Source: Candidatus Doudnabacteria bacterium (lineage in GTDB: Bacteria; Patescibacteriota; Doudnabacteria; UBA920; VMFF01). Taken from it: 64,000 nt of DNA. Location: NCBI GenBank assembly GCA_028286905.1, contig JAQBQP010000001.1:79114-143113 (forward strand), read 5' to 3'. Of the stretch, positions 1-10,285 are shown piece after piece. Each line of letters opens with the position of its first letter. Position 1 is the first letter of the stretch. The position numbers and the translations under genes were made by a program. Below the pieces are notes generated by a model. That model was not told the origin of the DNA and did not search any database. It saw only the letters and a program-made list of their open reading frames with translations.

Positions 1-58
1 CTGAGCCAATGGCGCATCATCTTCTCTACGGTGTGATTCAATCATTTTTTTAATTTAA

Positions 59-1339
59 TTATTTCATTTTCTTTCTAATAAAAGCTGGGATGTCCAACTC
101 GTCTGCACCAGAATCTTCATCTGCCTGCGGAGCGTTTCCGGTAAACAAAGGCTTACGCGATTCCCTATTTTCTGGTAAGGGTTGTTGAGTGGATTTTTCA
201 GCGGGCACAAACTTTGGTTCTACGGTCGGCTCAATTCTTTGATCCGCTCTCGGTTCAAATCTTCTTGGTTCTTCTCTCTTAAACATTTCATCGCGCTTGA
301 TGTCATCAACTTTCTTAGGATCTTTGTTAACACCTTGTTCATCCTCAGTCATTCGAATTGTAGTTGGACGTTTTTGCATCTCATCAAAACCGGTAGCAAT
401 AACTGTAATAGTAACTTCTTCACCCATCTCATCGTTGATCACTGCACCAAACTTAATTTTAGCTTCAGGGTCAACGCTCTTTGTAATAATTTTTGCAGCT
501 TCATCAATTTCAAACATTCCAAGACTGCTACCACCAGTAATATTAAACAGCACTCCTTTGGCACCGTCAATTGCTAATTCCAACAACGGAGAATTTATTG
601 CATTACGCGCTGCTTCTGCGGCACGGTTCTCTCCGCTTGCCGAACCAATACCCATCAAAGCGGTTCCGGCATTTTCCATGATTGTGCGGATGTCGGCAAA
701 ATCGGCGTTTACAATTCCGTGGGTAGTAATTAAATCGGAGATACCTTGGATGCCTTGGCGCAAAACATCGTCAACAGTTTTGAAAGCATCAATCAATGAA
801 GTTTTTTTATCGATGATTTGCAAAATGCGATCGTTCGAAATAGAAATAATCGCATCAACTTTATCTTTTAAGTTAGAGTAGCCTTCTTCAGCAATCTCGC
901 GGCGCTTGGTGCCTTCAAAAGCAAAGGGCTTTGTGACAACCGCAACAGTCAAAACTCCGCGTTCTTTTGCAATCTCGGCAATAACCGGTGCTGCACCAGT
1001 ACCAGTACCACCACCCAATCCGCAGGTAATAAAAATCATGTCGGCATTATCGATCACTTCCAGGATATCTTCACGCGATTCTTCCGCGGCATTGCGACCC
1101 TGGTCTGGGTTCATCCCTGCGCCTAAACCGCGAGTGACGTTTCTGCCAATATGAACTTTCTTGTCTGATTTAGAATTATGCAACGCTTGCGCATCAGTAT
1201 TGATTGAAATAAACTCCACACCGTTGATGCCGAGTTCAGTCATGCGATGAATTGCGTTGGTACCGGATCCGCCCACTCCGAGTACCTTGATTCTTGCGTA
1301 AGTTTCGATTTTAGGTTTAACTTGCATGCGCTTCTTCAT
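59..1339 (-). CDS. ftsZ: Cell division GTPase FtsZ
   Basis: Tubulin/FtsZ signature [13 protein letters not shown]-terminal GTPase fold, Pro/acidic C-terminal tail ending in conserved DIPAFIRKK-like peptide. Confidence 0.95.
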   Translation of the reverse strand: MKKRMQVKPKIETYARIKVLGVGGSGTNAIHRMTELGINGVEFISINTDAQALHNSKSDKKVHIGRNVTRGLGAGMNPDQGRNAAEESREDILEVIDNADMIFITCGLGGGTGTGAAPVIAEIAKERGVLTVAVVTKPFAFEGTKRREIAEEGYSNLKDKVDAIISISNDRILQIIDKKTSLIDAFKTVDDVLRQGIQGISDLITTHGIVNADFADIRTIMENAGTALMGIGSASGENRAAEAARNAINSPLLELAIDGAKGVLFNITGGSSLGMFEIDEAAKIITKSVDPEAKIKFGAVINDEMGEEVTITVIATGFDEMQKRPTTIRMTEDEQGVNKDPKKVDDIKRDEMFKREEPRRFEPRADQRIEPTVEPKFVPAEKSTQQPLPENRESRKPLFTGNAPQADEDSGADELDIPAFIRKKMK

Positions 1340-1354
1340 AAATTATTATTAAAT

Positions 1355-2599
1355 TTAGGGTAAAAACTTCTTAAAGAGTTTCTTTACTTTATCGACACCG
1401 TCATTATCAAGCAATTTCTTAGCAAAACCGCCAGAAGTTTTTTGACCACCAAAGTATTCTTTTGCCCAAAGGATTAAACCAACCGCTGTAGCAAAGGAAG
1501 GGTCTTCGACCCGGTCAATTATAGTAGTAACGTTTGTAGGTACACCTAGCTGCACTGGCAAGCGCAGCTGCTTTTTAGCTAATTCTAGTATGCCTGGCAT
1601 TTTTGCACCAGCACCGGTAAATACAATCCCTGCCGGCAGTTTACCATCTCTATTAATCTGTTTTAGCTCTTTATTAACCAAATCGAAGATCTCTTCTAAT
1701 CGGGCTTCGGCTATTTCTGCCAAATGATGCCGGGAAACGCTTTCTTCTTCGGTTGAATCGATCTTAGAAAGATCAATTTCGTCACTACGGTTAATATCTC
1801 TAGGAATTGCATGGGCATAATCCTGTTTGACCCGTTCTGCGGTTTCAATGGAAGTACGCAAACCAATTGCGACGTCATTAGTAATGTGTCCGGAACCAAC
1901 TGGGATAATCGATGTGTGCAACAACTGCCCTTCTTCAAAGACAACAAGTCCAGTTGTACCACCACCCATATCTACCAAAGCCACGCCTAATTCTTTTTGG
2001 CGTTTTGTTAAAACTGATTCCGCTGCCGCAAGCGGCGCAAGAACCATGTCATCAACATGCAAACCAGCCTGTTGAATCGCTTTATTTAAATTCTTAATAA
2101 AAGGAACTGCGGCTTGGACAATCACTGTATCAACTTCAAGTCTAATCCCGGTCATACCCAGAGGATCCTTTATCCCCGACTGGCCGTCGACAATAAAGTT
2201 TTTTGGAATAACGTGAATTATTTCTCTATTCTGTGGAATTGAAATCGCCTGCGATGCATCAATCACTCTTATAATATCATTCTCAGTAATTTCGCCGTCC
2301 GCACGAGAAACTGCAATTACACCGTGCGACTCTACTGAAGAAATGTGCGAGCCACCAATTGCAACTGTCGCATGATTAATTTGCACGCCGGTCATTCGCT
2401 CAACTTTTTCCAAAGCTGAAGAGATTGTAGATACTGCTTCTTCGATATCAACTACAACACCTTTCCGAATTCCGGAAGAAGGAGTCTCTCCTACACCTAT
2501 GATGCTTGGCGTACCGGTGCTCTCATCAATCTTTCCAACCACTACTCGAACCGTGGAGGAGCCGATATCCAATCCTACTAAGTATTGTTGCTGTACCAT
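1355..2599 (-). CDS. ftsA: Cell division protein FtsA (actin-like ATPase)
   Basis: Actin-fold motifs (VGLDIGSSTVRVVVG; DMGGGTTGL), located immediately upstream of ftsZ. Confidence 0.9.
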   Translation of the reverse strand: MVQQQYLVGLDIGSSTVRVVVGKIDESTGTPSIIGVGETPSSGIRKGVVVDIEEAVSTISSALEKVERMTGVQINHATVAIGGSHISSVESHGVIAVSRADGEITENDIIRVIDASQAISIPQNREIIHVIPKNFIVDGQSGIKDPLGMTGIRLEVDTVIVQAAVPFIKNLNKAIQQAGLHVDDMVLAPLAAAESVLTKRQKELGVALVDMGGGTTGLVVFEEGQLLHTSIIPVGSGHITNDVAIGLRTSIETAERVKQDYAHAIPRDINRSDEIDLSKIDSTEEESVSRHHLAEIAEARLEEIFDLVNKELKQINRDGKLPAGIVFTGAGAKMPGILELAKKQLRLPVQLGVPTNVTTIIDRVEDPSFATAVGLILWAKEYFGGQKTSGGFAKKLLDNDGVDKVKKLFKKFLP

Positions 2600-2603
2600 G
2601 AAT

Positions 2604-3041
2604 CTATTTTAGTTTTTCTTTTAAAATTTTAGAAATTAATTGGCCGTCTGCTTTGCCTTTTAATTTAGGCATTAACAGCCCCATTGCTTTGCCAAAGTCT
2701 GCAGCGGTCAAAGTTTCGCCGGCAAGCGTTTGATCAACGATCTTGCGAACTTCATCTTCAGAGATTTGTTCTGGCAAATATTTTTGCAAGACGGAAATTT
2801 CTGCCTGCTCTTTTTCTGCCAGCTCCGGCCTTCCACCGCGGGTGAATGCCTCAACCGAGTCTTTGCGACGCTTAACTTCAGAAGCAATCACCGGAATAAT
2901 GTCTTCATCTGTGAAGTCTTTACCCTTAGCAATTTCTTCGTTCATTACTCTCGCCTTAAGCATTCGCAAAGTGTTTAACTCGGTTTGCTGTTTAGCGATC
3001 ATAGCGTTTTTTAAATCCAAAACGATCTGATCTTTTAACAT
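2604..3041 (-). CDS. GatB/YqeY domain-containing protein
   Basis: 145 aa helical protein with C-terminal GatB/YqeY-like region (…GKAMGLLMPKLKGKADGQLISKIL). Confidence 0.6.
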   Translation of the reverse strand: MLKDQIVLDLKNAMIAKQQTELNTLRMLKARVMNEEIAKGKDFTDEDIIPVIASEVKRRKDSVEAFTRGGRPELAEKEQAEISVLQKYLPEQISEDEVRKIVDQTLAGETLTAADFGKAMGLLMPKLKGKADGQLISKILKEKLK

Positions 3042-3052
3042 GGCTGATAAAT

Positions 3053-3307
3053 TTAATATTTACCGTATTTCTTAACTGGCATCTTTCCAAATTTCTTTAG
3101 ATCTTCTCTCTTTTCTTTAAGATCAGCACGTCTGCGAGCATCTTCTCTTACAAATCTCTTGCTCTTCTGAGGTTCGAAAAATCTAATTTTTCTAGCACGA
3201 ACTAAAACACCGCTTTGTTGAATCTTGCGGTTAAATCTACGTAATAAACTTTCAAATGATTCGCCGTCTTTCTTTTTAACTTCTACCACTACTGTCACCC
3301 CCTTCAA
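3053..3307 (-). CDS. rpsU: 30S ribosomal protein S21
   Basis: 84 aa basic protein, ESFE.LLRRFNRK..QSGVL core typical of bS21. Confidence 0.8.
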   Translation of the reverse strand: MKGVTVVVEVKKKDGESFESLLRRFNRKIQQSGVLVRARKIRFFEPQKSKRFVREDARRRADLKEKREDLKKFGKMPVKKYGKY

Positions 3308-3368
3308 AAGGTTTGATAACTAATAAAAAACTATTATGAATATACCCCAAAAAACCCTTCAGGTCAAA

Positions 3369-3731
3369 TTAAGTATTATCCTTTAAATCCCCTGACAACA
3401 AATGCAAATGCAGGTGCGGAATCTGAGCGTATTTACCTACATTGAAAATCAATTTGTAATCAACGATGTCCTGCTTTTTAGCAAATTTACTAGCCACTAA
3501 AAGCATCACCCCAAGCAATTGCTGATTTTCTGATTGAACATCTGCAATTGATTTAATATGTTCTTTCGGAATAACCAAAAAGTGTGTCTCAGCTGCAGGG
3601 AATTTTGAAGGAATTATAACAAAACTCTCGTCCTCATACTTTATAGGCGAGAGTTCTTCTTTATGTGCAATTTGGCAAAAAATACAGTCAGCAGGCATTC
3701 TATCTCCCAATGCGTTTTTTAACTTCATCAA
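3369..3731 (-). CDS. HIT family (histidine triad) hydrolase
   Basis: HxHxHxx motif HLHLHLL near C-terminus, CxxC-like IFCQI N-terminus typical of HINT proteins; 5' end overlaps hisS stop. Confidence 0.85.
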   Translation of the reverse strand: MMKLKNALGDRMPADCIFCQIAHKEELSPIKYEDESFVIIPSKFPAAETHFLVIPKEHIKSIADVQSENQQLLGVMLLVASKFAKKQDIVDYKLIFNVGKYAQIPHLHLHLLSGDLKDNT

Positions 3732-4971
3732 TTATCTGATCGTAGCGGAAAACTTCTTGCATTCCGGATTTCACATCTCTCAGAATAACCATGTCATCCA
3801 TTGCTTCTTTTTGTCCGATAATTAAAGCGATCAATGCTTTCTGGCCTTCAGCAAGCTTTAGTTGATTTTTTACTCCGCCGTCACCAAAGTGATCATGCAC
3901 TGTAATTTTTGCATCCCATAATTCTGAGAATAATCGCAAAGCTTTTTTTGAAGCAAGGTCGCCGAGAGGCGCCAAATAAACTTCTGATTTAATATCGCCA
4001 ATCGCTTCCAATTTTAAATTCTGCACAGCTTTCTGTAAAACTTCCATGTAACCAGTAAAACCAAAACAAGCATTTTGTTTGCCGGTTAAGTCCTTAAGCA
4101 TTTCTTCATGGAAAGCACCCTCACCAATAAAGTACTCGTTAAATTCATCTTTGTACCGCATGGAGAAAACGGTTCGAGATGTTCCCTGCTTACCAACCAA
4201 CATTGGGTTCAAGCTGTAACCAACCGCAAGCTCATCTAAACCTTCTAAGATATGAGTGAAATGTTTATGATCTTCTTCAGAAAGAAAATCTACTACCTGC
4301 GGCGCTTCTGCTGCGACAGTTCTGCACTCCAAATTCTTGCAGCGAAAAACTTGCATTGGATATTCTTCGATCGAAGCAACGCACTCGTTACACAATTCAT
4401 ATTTTTTGGACTGCAAGAAGCTGCGCAAAGTTTCTTCATAATCTTTTCTGCTATCAGATTTTCCTACGCTATTGATTTCCAAAATCAGATTTTCTAAACC
4501 AAGCGATTTCAAAAATTTCCAAACCAAGCTTATTAACTGAACTTCAATCAATGGAGAAAATTCTCCAAGTAATTCAAAGCCATATTCCCAGCTATTTACA
4601 AACTTTTTCTGCTTTTCATCGTAAACAATAACAGGGGCGCAGTGATACCACTTTGAAAGTTTTTGGGTCTCACTAATTTTATGTTCGCTGTAAGCACGCA
4701 TCAGGCTTGGCAAAGTTTCTGGACGAATTGCAACTCGGTTCCCTTCGGGATCCATAAAAGTAACAATAGTATTTGAATCAACATCCAAACCTTCGTATAA
4801 AACAGCGTTTTCTAGAATTGGTAATTCTACTCTGGTAAAACCAAAACCTCGCGCTAGTTTTAACAACTTATCAATCATGAAATCCCAAGACATGTCTGAG
4901 GTCGGCAGAATGTCGAACATTCCAGGGACTAACTGCGGCTTCTTTGGTGATTTCTTTTTTTGAGTAGTCAT
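3700..4971 (-). CDS. hisS: Histidyl-tRNA synthetase (class II)
   Basis: N-terminal VPGMFDILP motif, class II core, C-terminal anticodon-binding-like domain. Confidence 0.75.
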   Translation of the reverse strand: MTTQKKKSPKKPQLVPGMFDILPTSDMSWDFMIDKLLKLARGFGFTRVELPILENAVLYEGLDVDSNTIVTFMDPEGNRVAIRPETLPSLMRAYSEHKISETQKLSKWYHCAPVIVYDEKQKKFVNSWEYGFELLGEFSPLIEVQLISLVWKFLKSLGLENLILEINSVGKSDSRKDYEETLRSFLQSKKYELCNECVASIEEYPMQVFRCKNLECRTVAAEAPQVVDFLSEEDHKHFTHILEGLDELAVGYSLNPMLVGKQGTSRTVFSMRYKDEFNEYFIGEGAFHEEMLKDLTGKQNACFGFTGYMEVLQKAVQNLKLEAIGDIKSEVYLAPLGDLASKKALRLFSELWDAKITVHDHFGDGGVKNQLKLAEGQKALIALIIGQKEAMDDMVILRDVKSGMQEVFRYDQIIDEVKKRIGR

Positions 4972-5600
4972 TATTGTGAGTATTCTACGTGATTAAATTT
5001 CTTAAAGGTTTGGAATGGGAAGGCTCGAACAAACACTTTACCAACAATATCATTAGTTGGCACCGGACCCCAAAAACGGGAGTCAGAAGAAGCTAGGCGA
5101 TTGTCTCCTAAAACAAAGTACTCAGTGCTGCCCAACGTTCTAGTATCTTGTCCATAAGGAAAGGTTGTGTCGCCCGCTGGCAGATATTTTTCATCCAAAA
5201 CAAAACCTTGGGGATTCTGCGCGTTGATGATAATAACTTTATTTTCCTGAATTTTAACTGTTTCGCCTGGCAAACCAATTATTCTTTTAATAAAATACTG
5301 GGTATTGTCTTTAGGGTATTTAAACACTATTACGTCCCCTCTTTGCGGTGCACTGATATGATATGTTAATTCATCAATTATCAAATATTCACCAGTATAG
5401 AAAGTCGGCTCCATCGAAGAACCCGAAACGATGAATGGCTGAGCAACATAGTATCGCACTGGTAATATTATAACTAAAGCAATTAGTAAAACTTTAATAA
5501 GATCAACAACAAAAGTTCCCATTTCAGAAAAATTTCGATTTTGTTTCGGCTGGTTTTCATTCACCTCTGGTGGCAAGGGCTGTTGCTGATTTTCGTTCAT
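4971..5600 (-). CDS. lepB: Signal peptidase I
   Basis: N-terminal TM helix, catalytic GSSMEPT (Ser box) and GDNRxxSxDSRxWG box. Confidence 0.9.
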   Translation of the reverse strand: MNENQQQPLPPEVNENQPKQNRNFSEMGTFVVDLIKVLLIALVIILPVRYYVAQPFIVSGSSMEPTFYTGEYLIIDELTYHISAPQRGDVIVFKYPKDNTQYFIKRIIGLPGETVKIQENKVIIINAQNPQGFVLDEKYLPAGDTTFPYGQDTRTLGSTEYFVLGDNRLASSDSRFWGPVPTNDIVGKVFVRAFPFQTFKKFNHVEYSQ

Positions 5601-5714
5601 AAAAAGTGAAAAATTAATTAGAGATCTTTATAAATATACCCGTTCCTCCCGACAATTGCAAGCCTTTTTTCTTTATCAAAATGTAGTTTTTCTATATACT
5701 TATGAGGAACAAAT

Positions 5715-7001
5715 ATGAATACACCCTCTAGAGCTTTTCCAAAATTTTTTTGGATATTAATAATAATAGTGTTAGTCCTTTTTGGCATGCTTTTCAGCAA
5801 AGCGTACAGTATCAGTTCTAAAGTTTTTGTGAGTAAAACTTCCTTTATCAAAAAAGTTAGCAATATTTTATTTCACGGCGGCTCCACTACGCTAATTGGA
5901 GAAGACCAAGATCGCATTAATTTACTTTTACTAGGCTATGGCGGCGAAGGGCATGACGGTCCGTATTTAACTGACACGATCATCGTTGCAAGCATAAAGC
6001 CTAGCACTAAAGAAGTATTGTTAACATCAATCCCCAGAGATTTGCTCTGGAAAACAGGTCAGCAAAAAATAAATTTTGCTTATGTCTCTGGATTAGAGAA
6101 ATCCCAAGACCCAAACCAGGCTGGGCAAAAAGCAGAGCAAGCGATAGAGTCGATTACGGGATTACAGATTCCTTATTTTGCCACAGTGGATTTTAGCGGA
6201 TTTGAAAAAGCTGTCGATCGTATTGGCGGCTTGGATGTTAACGTTGAAAAAACATTTACCGATTCACAATTCCCTGATTCAGGGATTGGTTATCTCCCCC
6301 CGATTACCTTTACTCAAGGGCTTGAACATATGAATGGCGTTCGTGCCCTAGAATTCGCCCGCTCTCGTCATGGCAACAATGGCGAAGACTCAGACTTCGC
6401 CCGCAGCAAAAGACAATCACTAATTATTCAATCTTTTAAACAAAAAGCTGGCGATCTTAATTTATTCACCGATACCACAAAAATAAATGATTTAACGAAT
6501 ATTCTTGCAGACCACGCACACACAAATCTCGATCCTGATGCTTTATTAGCTCTTACAAAAATAGTTAATGATAAAAACGCTAAAATAATCAGCCAAAGCC
6601 TGGACCCAGACACTCTACTAATATGTCCAGATACTCAAGGCTCTTTGGGCTATACCCTAACTAACTGCCCGGGAGTTAGCGATTCCGATATTCAAAACCT
6701 ATTTATTAATGGTTTCGACCAATCAGCGGTTCGCCAAGAAAAAGCGACAATTATTCTAGAAAATGCCGGAACTGCTGATACTCTATATACTTCGATTAAA
6801 AAAGATCTTACCGGGAGCGGTGTAACTGTCTATGAAGTCCCTTATAAGGGTCTACCATTGAAAAATAGCGTGCTCTATCAGATAAACGCTAAACCTGCTA
6901 CAATTAACTATCTTGAAGGCAAATTGAGCATTAAAGCCCAGCAAAAACCGGCTCAAATGACAGCTAACTCGGATCTAGTATTAATCATCGGCGGGCAGTA
7001 A
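5715..7001 (+). CDS. LytR-CpsA-Psr (LCP) family cell-wall polymer transferase
   Basis: N-terminal TM anchor followed by LCP domain (LLLGYGGEGHDGPYLTDTIIVASI, R-rich GN.R..FARSR motif). Confidence 0.8.
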   Translation: MNTPSRAFPKFFWILIIIVLVLFGMLFSKAYSISSKVFVSKTSFIKKVSNILFHGGSTTLIGEDQDRINLLLLGYGGEGHDGPYLTDTIIVASIKPSTKEVLLTSIPRDLLWKTGQQKINFAYVSGLEKSQDPNQAGQKAEQAIESITGLQIPYFATVDFSGFEKAVDRIGGLDVNVEKTFTDSQFPDSGIGYLPPITFTQGLEHMNGVRALEFARSRHGNNGEDSDFARSKRQSLIIQSFKQKAGDLNLFTDTTKINDLTNILADHAHTNLDPDALLALTKIVNDKNAKIISQSLDPDTLLICPDTQGSLGYTLTNCPGVSDSDIQNLFINGFDQSAVRQEKATIILENAGTADTLYTSIKKDLTGSGVTVYEVPYKGLPLKNSVLYQINAKPATINYLEGKLSIKAQQKPAQMTANSDLVLIIGGQ

Positions 7002-7005
7002 TATT

Positions 7006-8355
7006 ATGCGCGAAGCAATTGTAGCCATCGTAGGCGAACCGAACGTCGGCAAGTCTACTCTATTAAATAAAATCCTTGAGCAAAGAATCGCTCTTACTTC
7101 TAACGTCGCAGGGACCACCCGCGATCGTTTTTATGCGCCAGCATTTTGGAACGACGTTGATTTTACTTTGGTAGATACTGCTGGAATCATATTTGAACAA
7201 CGAGAAGAATTAGAAAAAAACATTCAGAAGCAAGTTGAGATTGCGCTTCAAGAAGCCGATCTTATTTTGTATGTTTTGGATGGCAAAAAAAGCCCAGAAA
7301 CTTTGGATCGAAATATTTTACTTAAGCTCCGAAAAAAGAAAAAAGATATTATTTTAGTAATCAACAAAATTGATGCACCGAAGAAAATAAAAGAAACCGT
7401 TGATCAATATCATTTTACCGGTTTTAAAAACATTGTTGCATTATCCTCTGTTGCCGGAATTGGTGTCGGAGATTTACTAGATGAAATTACAAAAAACCTC
7501 GCAGCTAAAGGTTTTGCGAAAATTGAAAAAGACCCGAGCGAAATTTCAGTGAGCCTAATCGGCAAACCGAACGTCGGCAAGTCTTCAATCTTCAATAAAA
7601 TCATTGGCGAAGAGCGGGTTGTCGTTTCAGCAACGCCGGGCACAACTAGAAATGTAATTGACACCGACATTGTTTATAAAACGAAAAAGATTAAATTCTT
7701 GGATACCGCTGGGTTAAAGAAAAAAGAAAAGAAGCAGGCTTTGCCTGATGTCTATGCCTCTTTCCAAACAATTCGAGCAATGCATAAGAGCGACGTTTGT
7801 ATTCTAGTCATCGATTCTTCTCTAGGTATCACTCAACAAGACCAACGCATCGCCGGTGAAATTGTGGCTGCCAGCAAAGGTCTTATTATCGTTGCAAATA
7901 AATCAGATTTGCTTACTCCAAAAGAACAGACGAAATTAGAAAAGAATCTTCCGGATTTCTTTGAGTTTCTCTGGTGGGCCCCCGCGGTTCAAGTTTCTGC
8001 AAAGTCCGGACAAGGCATTTCAGAAATCCTTGATTTCATTGTAAAGATTGAAGAAACTCGACACAAAAATATTGATGACGAAACAATGCGCGAGTTCTTT
8101 CACGCCAAACTTAAACAGCGTGAACCGCAAAGACTTCGTGATGAACGTATTCCAAAGGTTTATTCCTTACAACAGGTTTCCACCAATCCCCCGGTATTCT
8201 TGATGATGGTTAATGAGCCTTCGGCAATTTCAATGCAATTTAGAAAATTTATTCAGAATGCGATCATAAAAGAATTGCAATTTTGGGGCACACCTGTAAA
8301 ACTTAAGTTAGAAGCAAAGCGCGGCAATCCTAAATTTAACGAAGACCATACTTAA
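7006..8355 (+). CDS. der: Ribosome biogenesis GTPase Der (EngA)
   Basis: Two tandem P-loop GTPase domains ([12 protein letters not shown] and GKPNVGKSSIFN) plus C-terminal KH-like domain. Confidence 0.9.
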   Translation: MREAIVAIVGEPNVGKSTLLNKILEQRIALTSNVAGTTRDRFYAPAFWNDVDFTLVDTAGIIFEQREELEKNIQKQVEIALQEADLILYVLDGKKSPETLDRNILLKLRKKKKDIILVINKIDAPKKIKETVDQYHFTGFKNIVALSSVAGIGVGDLLDEITKNLAAKGFAKIEKDPSEISVSLIGKPNVGKSSIFNKIIGEERVVVSATPGTTRNVIDTDIVYKTKKIKFLDTAGLKKKEKKQALPDVYASFQTIRAMHKSDVCILVIDSSLGITQQDQRIAGEIVAASKGLIIVANKSDLLTPKEQTKLEKNLPDFFEFLWWAPAVQVSAKSGQGISEILDFIVKIEETRHKNIDDETMREFFHAKLKQREPQRLRDERIPKVYSLQQVSTNPPVFLMMVNEPSAISMQFRKFIQNAIIKELQFWGTPVKLKLEAKRGNPKFNEDHT

Positions 8356-8358
8356 AAT

Positions 8359-8889
8359 ATGCAATTAGTTATCGCCCTTGGTAACCCAGGAGAAAAGTAC
8401 AAACAGACCAGACACAATGCTGGGTTCTTAGCTTTAGATTATATTTTGAAAGACTTGAAAGTAATTTCTTGTACCTCAAAGTTTGATGCGAAGATTTGTG
8501 AAGTACATGACCCAGAAAAAACTTTTTACATTTATCCGGAAACTTATATGAATGCTTCCGGACAGGCTGTTAAAAAGATTATGGACTTTTACAAACTTCA
8601 ACCAAAAGATGTATTAGTACTTCAAGATGAAATTGATTTACCGCTTGGCACAATCAAATTTACTCAAGGCTCCGGACATGCCGGACATAATGGAGTTCGA
8701 TCGATAATAGACGAATTAGGTACCAATGAGTTTAGAAGAATTCGGATCGGCATTGAAAGCCGAGAAAGAGGCGGACACATTCCTACTGAAGCATTTGTAC
8801 TCCAAAATTTTAAAGAAGACGAGCTCCCAAAAATCCCTTTCGACGCAATTAAAGCGCGAGTACTATTGGAACTAAAACCTAAAATATAA
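8359..8889 (+). CDS. pth: Peptidyl-tRNA hydrolase
   Basis: MQLVIALGNPG..Y..TRHNAGF N-terminal signature of Pth. Confidence 0.9.
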   Translation: MQLVIALGNPGEKYKQTRHNAGFLALDYILKDLKVISCTSKFDAKICEVHDPEKTFYIYPETYMNASGQAVKKIMDFYKLQPKDVLVLQDEIDLPLGTIKFTQGSGHAGHNGVRSIIDELGTNEFRRIRIGIESRERGGHIPTEAFVLQNFKEDELPKIPFDAIKARVLLELKPKI

Positions 8890-8907
8890 AAAATAAGTTT
8901 AATAAAG

Positions 8908-8940
8908 AAAACACCTGGACTTAATCCAGGTGTTTTATAT
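8908..8940 (+). terminator. Intrinsic terminator after pth
   Basis: Hairpin ACACCTGGA-cttaa-TCCAGGTGT followed by TTTTATATTTT. Confidence 0.7.
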
Positions 8941-9007
8941 TTTATTCAGAACCCTACCTACGAGTGAAAGGAATGCTAGAAAACTCTAACGATACCTTCA
9001 CTTAACA

Positions 9008-9061
9008 GCTACTCGTAAATAGTAGGAGGGATTCATACTTACTTTGGCTACTCGTAAATAG
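9008..9061. repeat. Two perfect 15-bp direct repeats GCTACTCGTAAATAG (9008-9022, 9047-9061) in the pth-dprA intergenic region
   Basis: Read directly from sequence; a partial inverted copy (TACGAGT) at 8959-8965. Confidence 0.6.
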
Positions 9062-9167
9062 GATTCTAAATAAAATCTTGTATGTGCAATGCCACAAATA
9101 TCCTTCAACAATATTAAATATTAACATAATAACCATTTTTTGTCAACATCTATCAATATAACCCATT

Positions 9168-10229
9168 ATGCCTTTATCTAAGCCATTTTTGCACGCAATT
9201 AAACTGCATTTCCCCTATCAAAACCAAATAAATCGTCTGAGCAAACAATTCAATGTCGATTATGAAAAAGCGTGGTATTCACTACTATCGAAAGGAAAAG
9301 TACGAGGAAATCCATTGAAAGAATGGGCTAATTTGCAACTATCCGATATAAAAACCGTGGCGATCGACGAAGCTGAATATCCCTATGCTCTAAAAGAAAT
9401 TAGCGATCCTCCAACGTTACTCTATTATAGAGGAGCTTTGCCACCTGAAGCGCTAAATCTGGCAATTGTCGGGAGCAGAAAGATTAGCAGTTATGGCACT
9501 CAGGCTGTTAACACTATTATCCGCCCTTTGGCCTTACAAAAAATTAATATTATTTCTGGACTAGCACACGGAGTTGATGCGCATGCGCATCAGAAGGCGC
9601 TCGAGCTTCAACTAAAGACCTTTGCGATTCTGGGTTCAGGTATTGATCAATTAAGTGTTTATCCTTCTCAAAATAGAGATCTAGCTATTCAAATAATAAA
9701 AGCTGGCGGAGGGTTAATCTCAGAGCTTCCTCCAGGAAGCCCTGCAACCGCGGCCAACTTCCCAATGAGAAACAGAATTATCTCCGGCTTAAGCCAAGCG
9801 ATAATAATTGTGGAAGCAACTTATAAAAGCGGCGGTTTGATTACTGGCAAACTAGCCTTGGAACAAAATAGAGATATTTTTGCAGTACCTGGAAATATAT
9901 TCGATGCTCAATCCGAAGGTACAAATCATCTATTAAAACTTGGGGCCAAAGTAATTACATCTGGCCAAGACATTCTAGATGAATACGCTTTGAAAAATAT
10001 CCAAATCCCGCAATTGCCAATTGGTTACTCCTTATCCGAAATTGAGAAGAAAGTTTTAAGTTGCTTAACTATAAAGGCAATCCATTTTAATGAAATTATT
10101 AAACGCTCAGAGTTAAGCGCTTCCCAAGTAAATACCGCTGTGATTATGCTTGAGCTCAAAGAAATAATTAGCACTTTTCCAGGTCAAAGGTATGCACTCA
10201 ATTTGACAGTATCTTCTAAGTCTGGCTAA
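9168..10229 (+). CDS. dprA: DNA processing protein DprA (Smf)
   Basis: Rossmann-like DprA core (AIVGSRKIS.YG, GLAHGVDAHAHQ), C-terminal winged-helix-like tail; TATAAC box 5 nt upstream of ATG suggests leaderless transcript. Confidence 0.85.
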   Translation: MPLSKPFLHAIKLHFPYQNQINRLSKQFNVDYEKAWYSLLSKGKVRGNPLKEWANLQLSDIKTVAIDEAEYPYALKEISDPPTLLYYRGALPPEALNLAIVGSRKISSYGTQAVNTIIRPLALQKINIISGLAHGVDAHAHQKALELQLKTFAILGSGIDQLSVYPSQNRDLAIQIIKAGGGLISELPPGSPATAANFPMRNRIISGLSQAIIIVEATYKSGGLITGKLALEQNRDIFAVPGNIFDAQSEGTNHLLKLGAKVITSGQDILDEYALKNIQIPQLPIGYSLSEIEKKVLSCLTIKAIHFNEIIKRSELSASQVNTAVIMLELKEIISTFPGQRYALNLTVSSKSG

Positions 10230-10285
10230 ACTCTTAAAGTAATTAATAGCTTCGCGGATTCATTTTGAACTCGAAGAGGATAAAA

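Noticed and set aside
182-1154. Plus-strand ORFs (131, 194, 82 aa) inside ftsZ, and similar antisense ORFs inside ftsA, hisS, dnaK, uvrA, valS, the surface-protein gene and others
   Set aside because: Antisense shadow ORFs within well-supported conserved genes. The translations are low-complexity and lack initiation signals.
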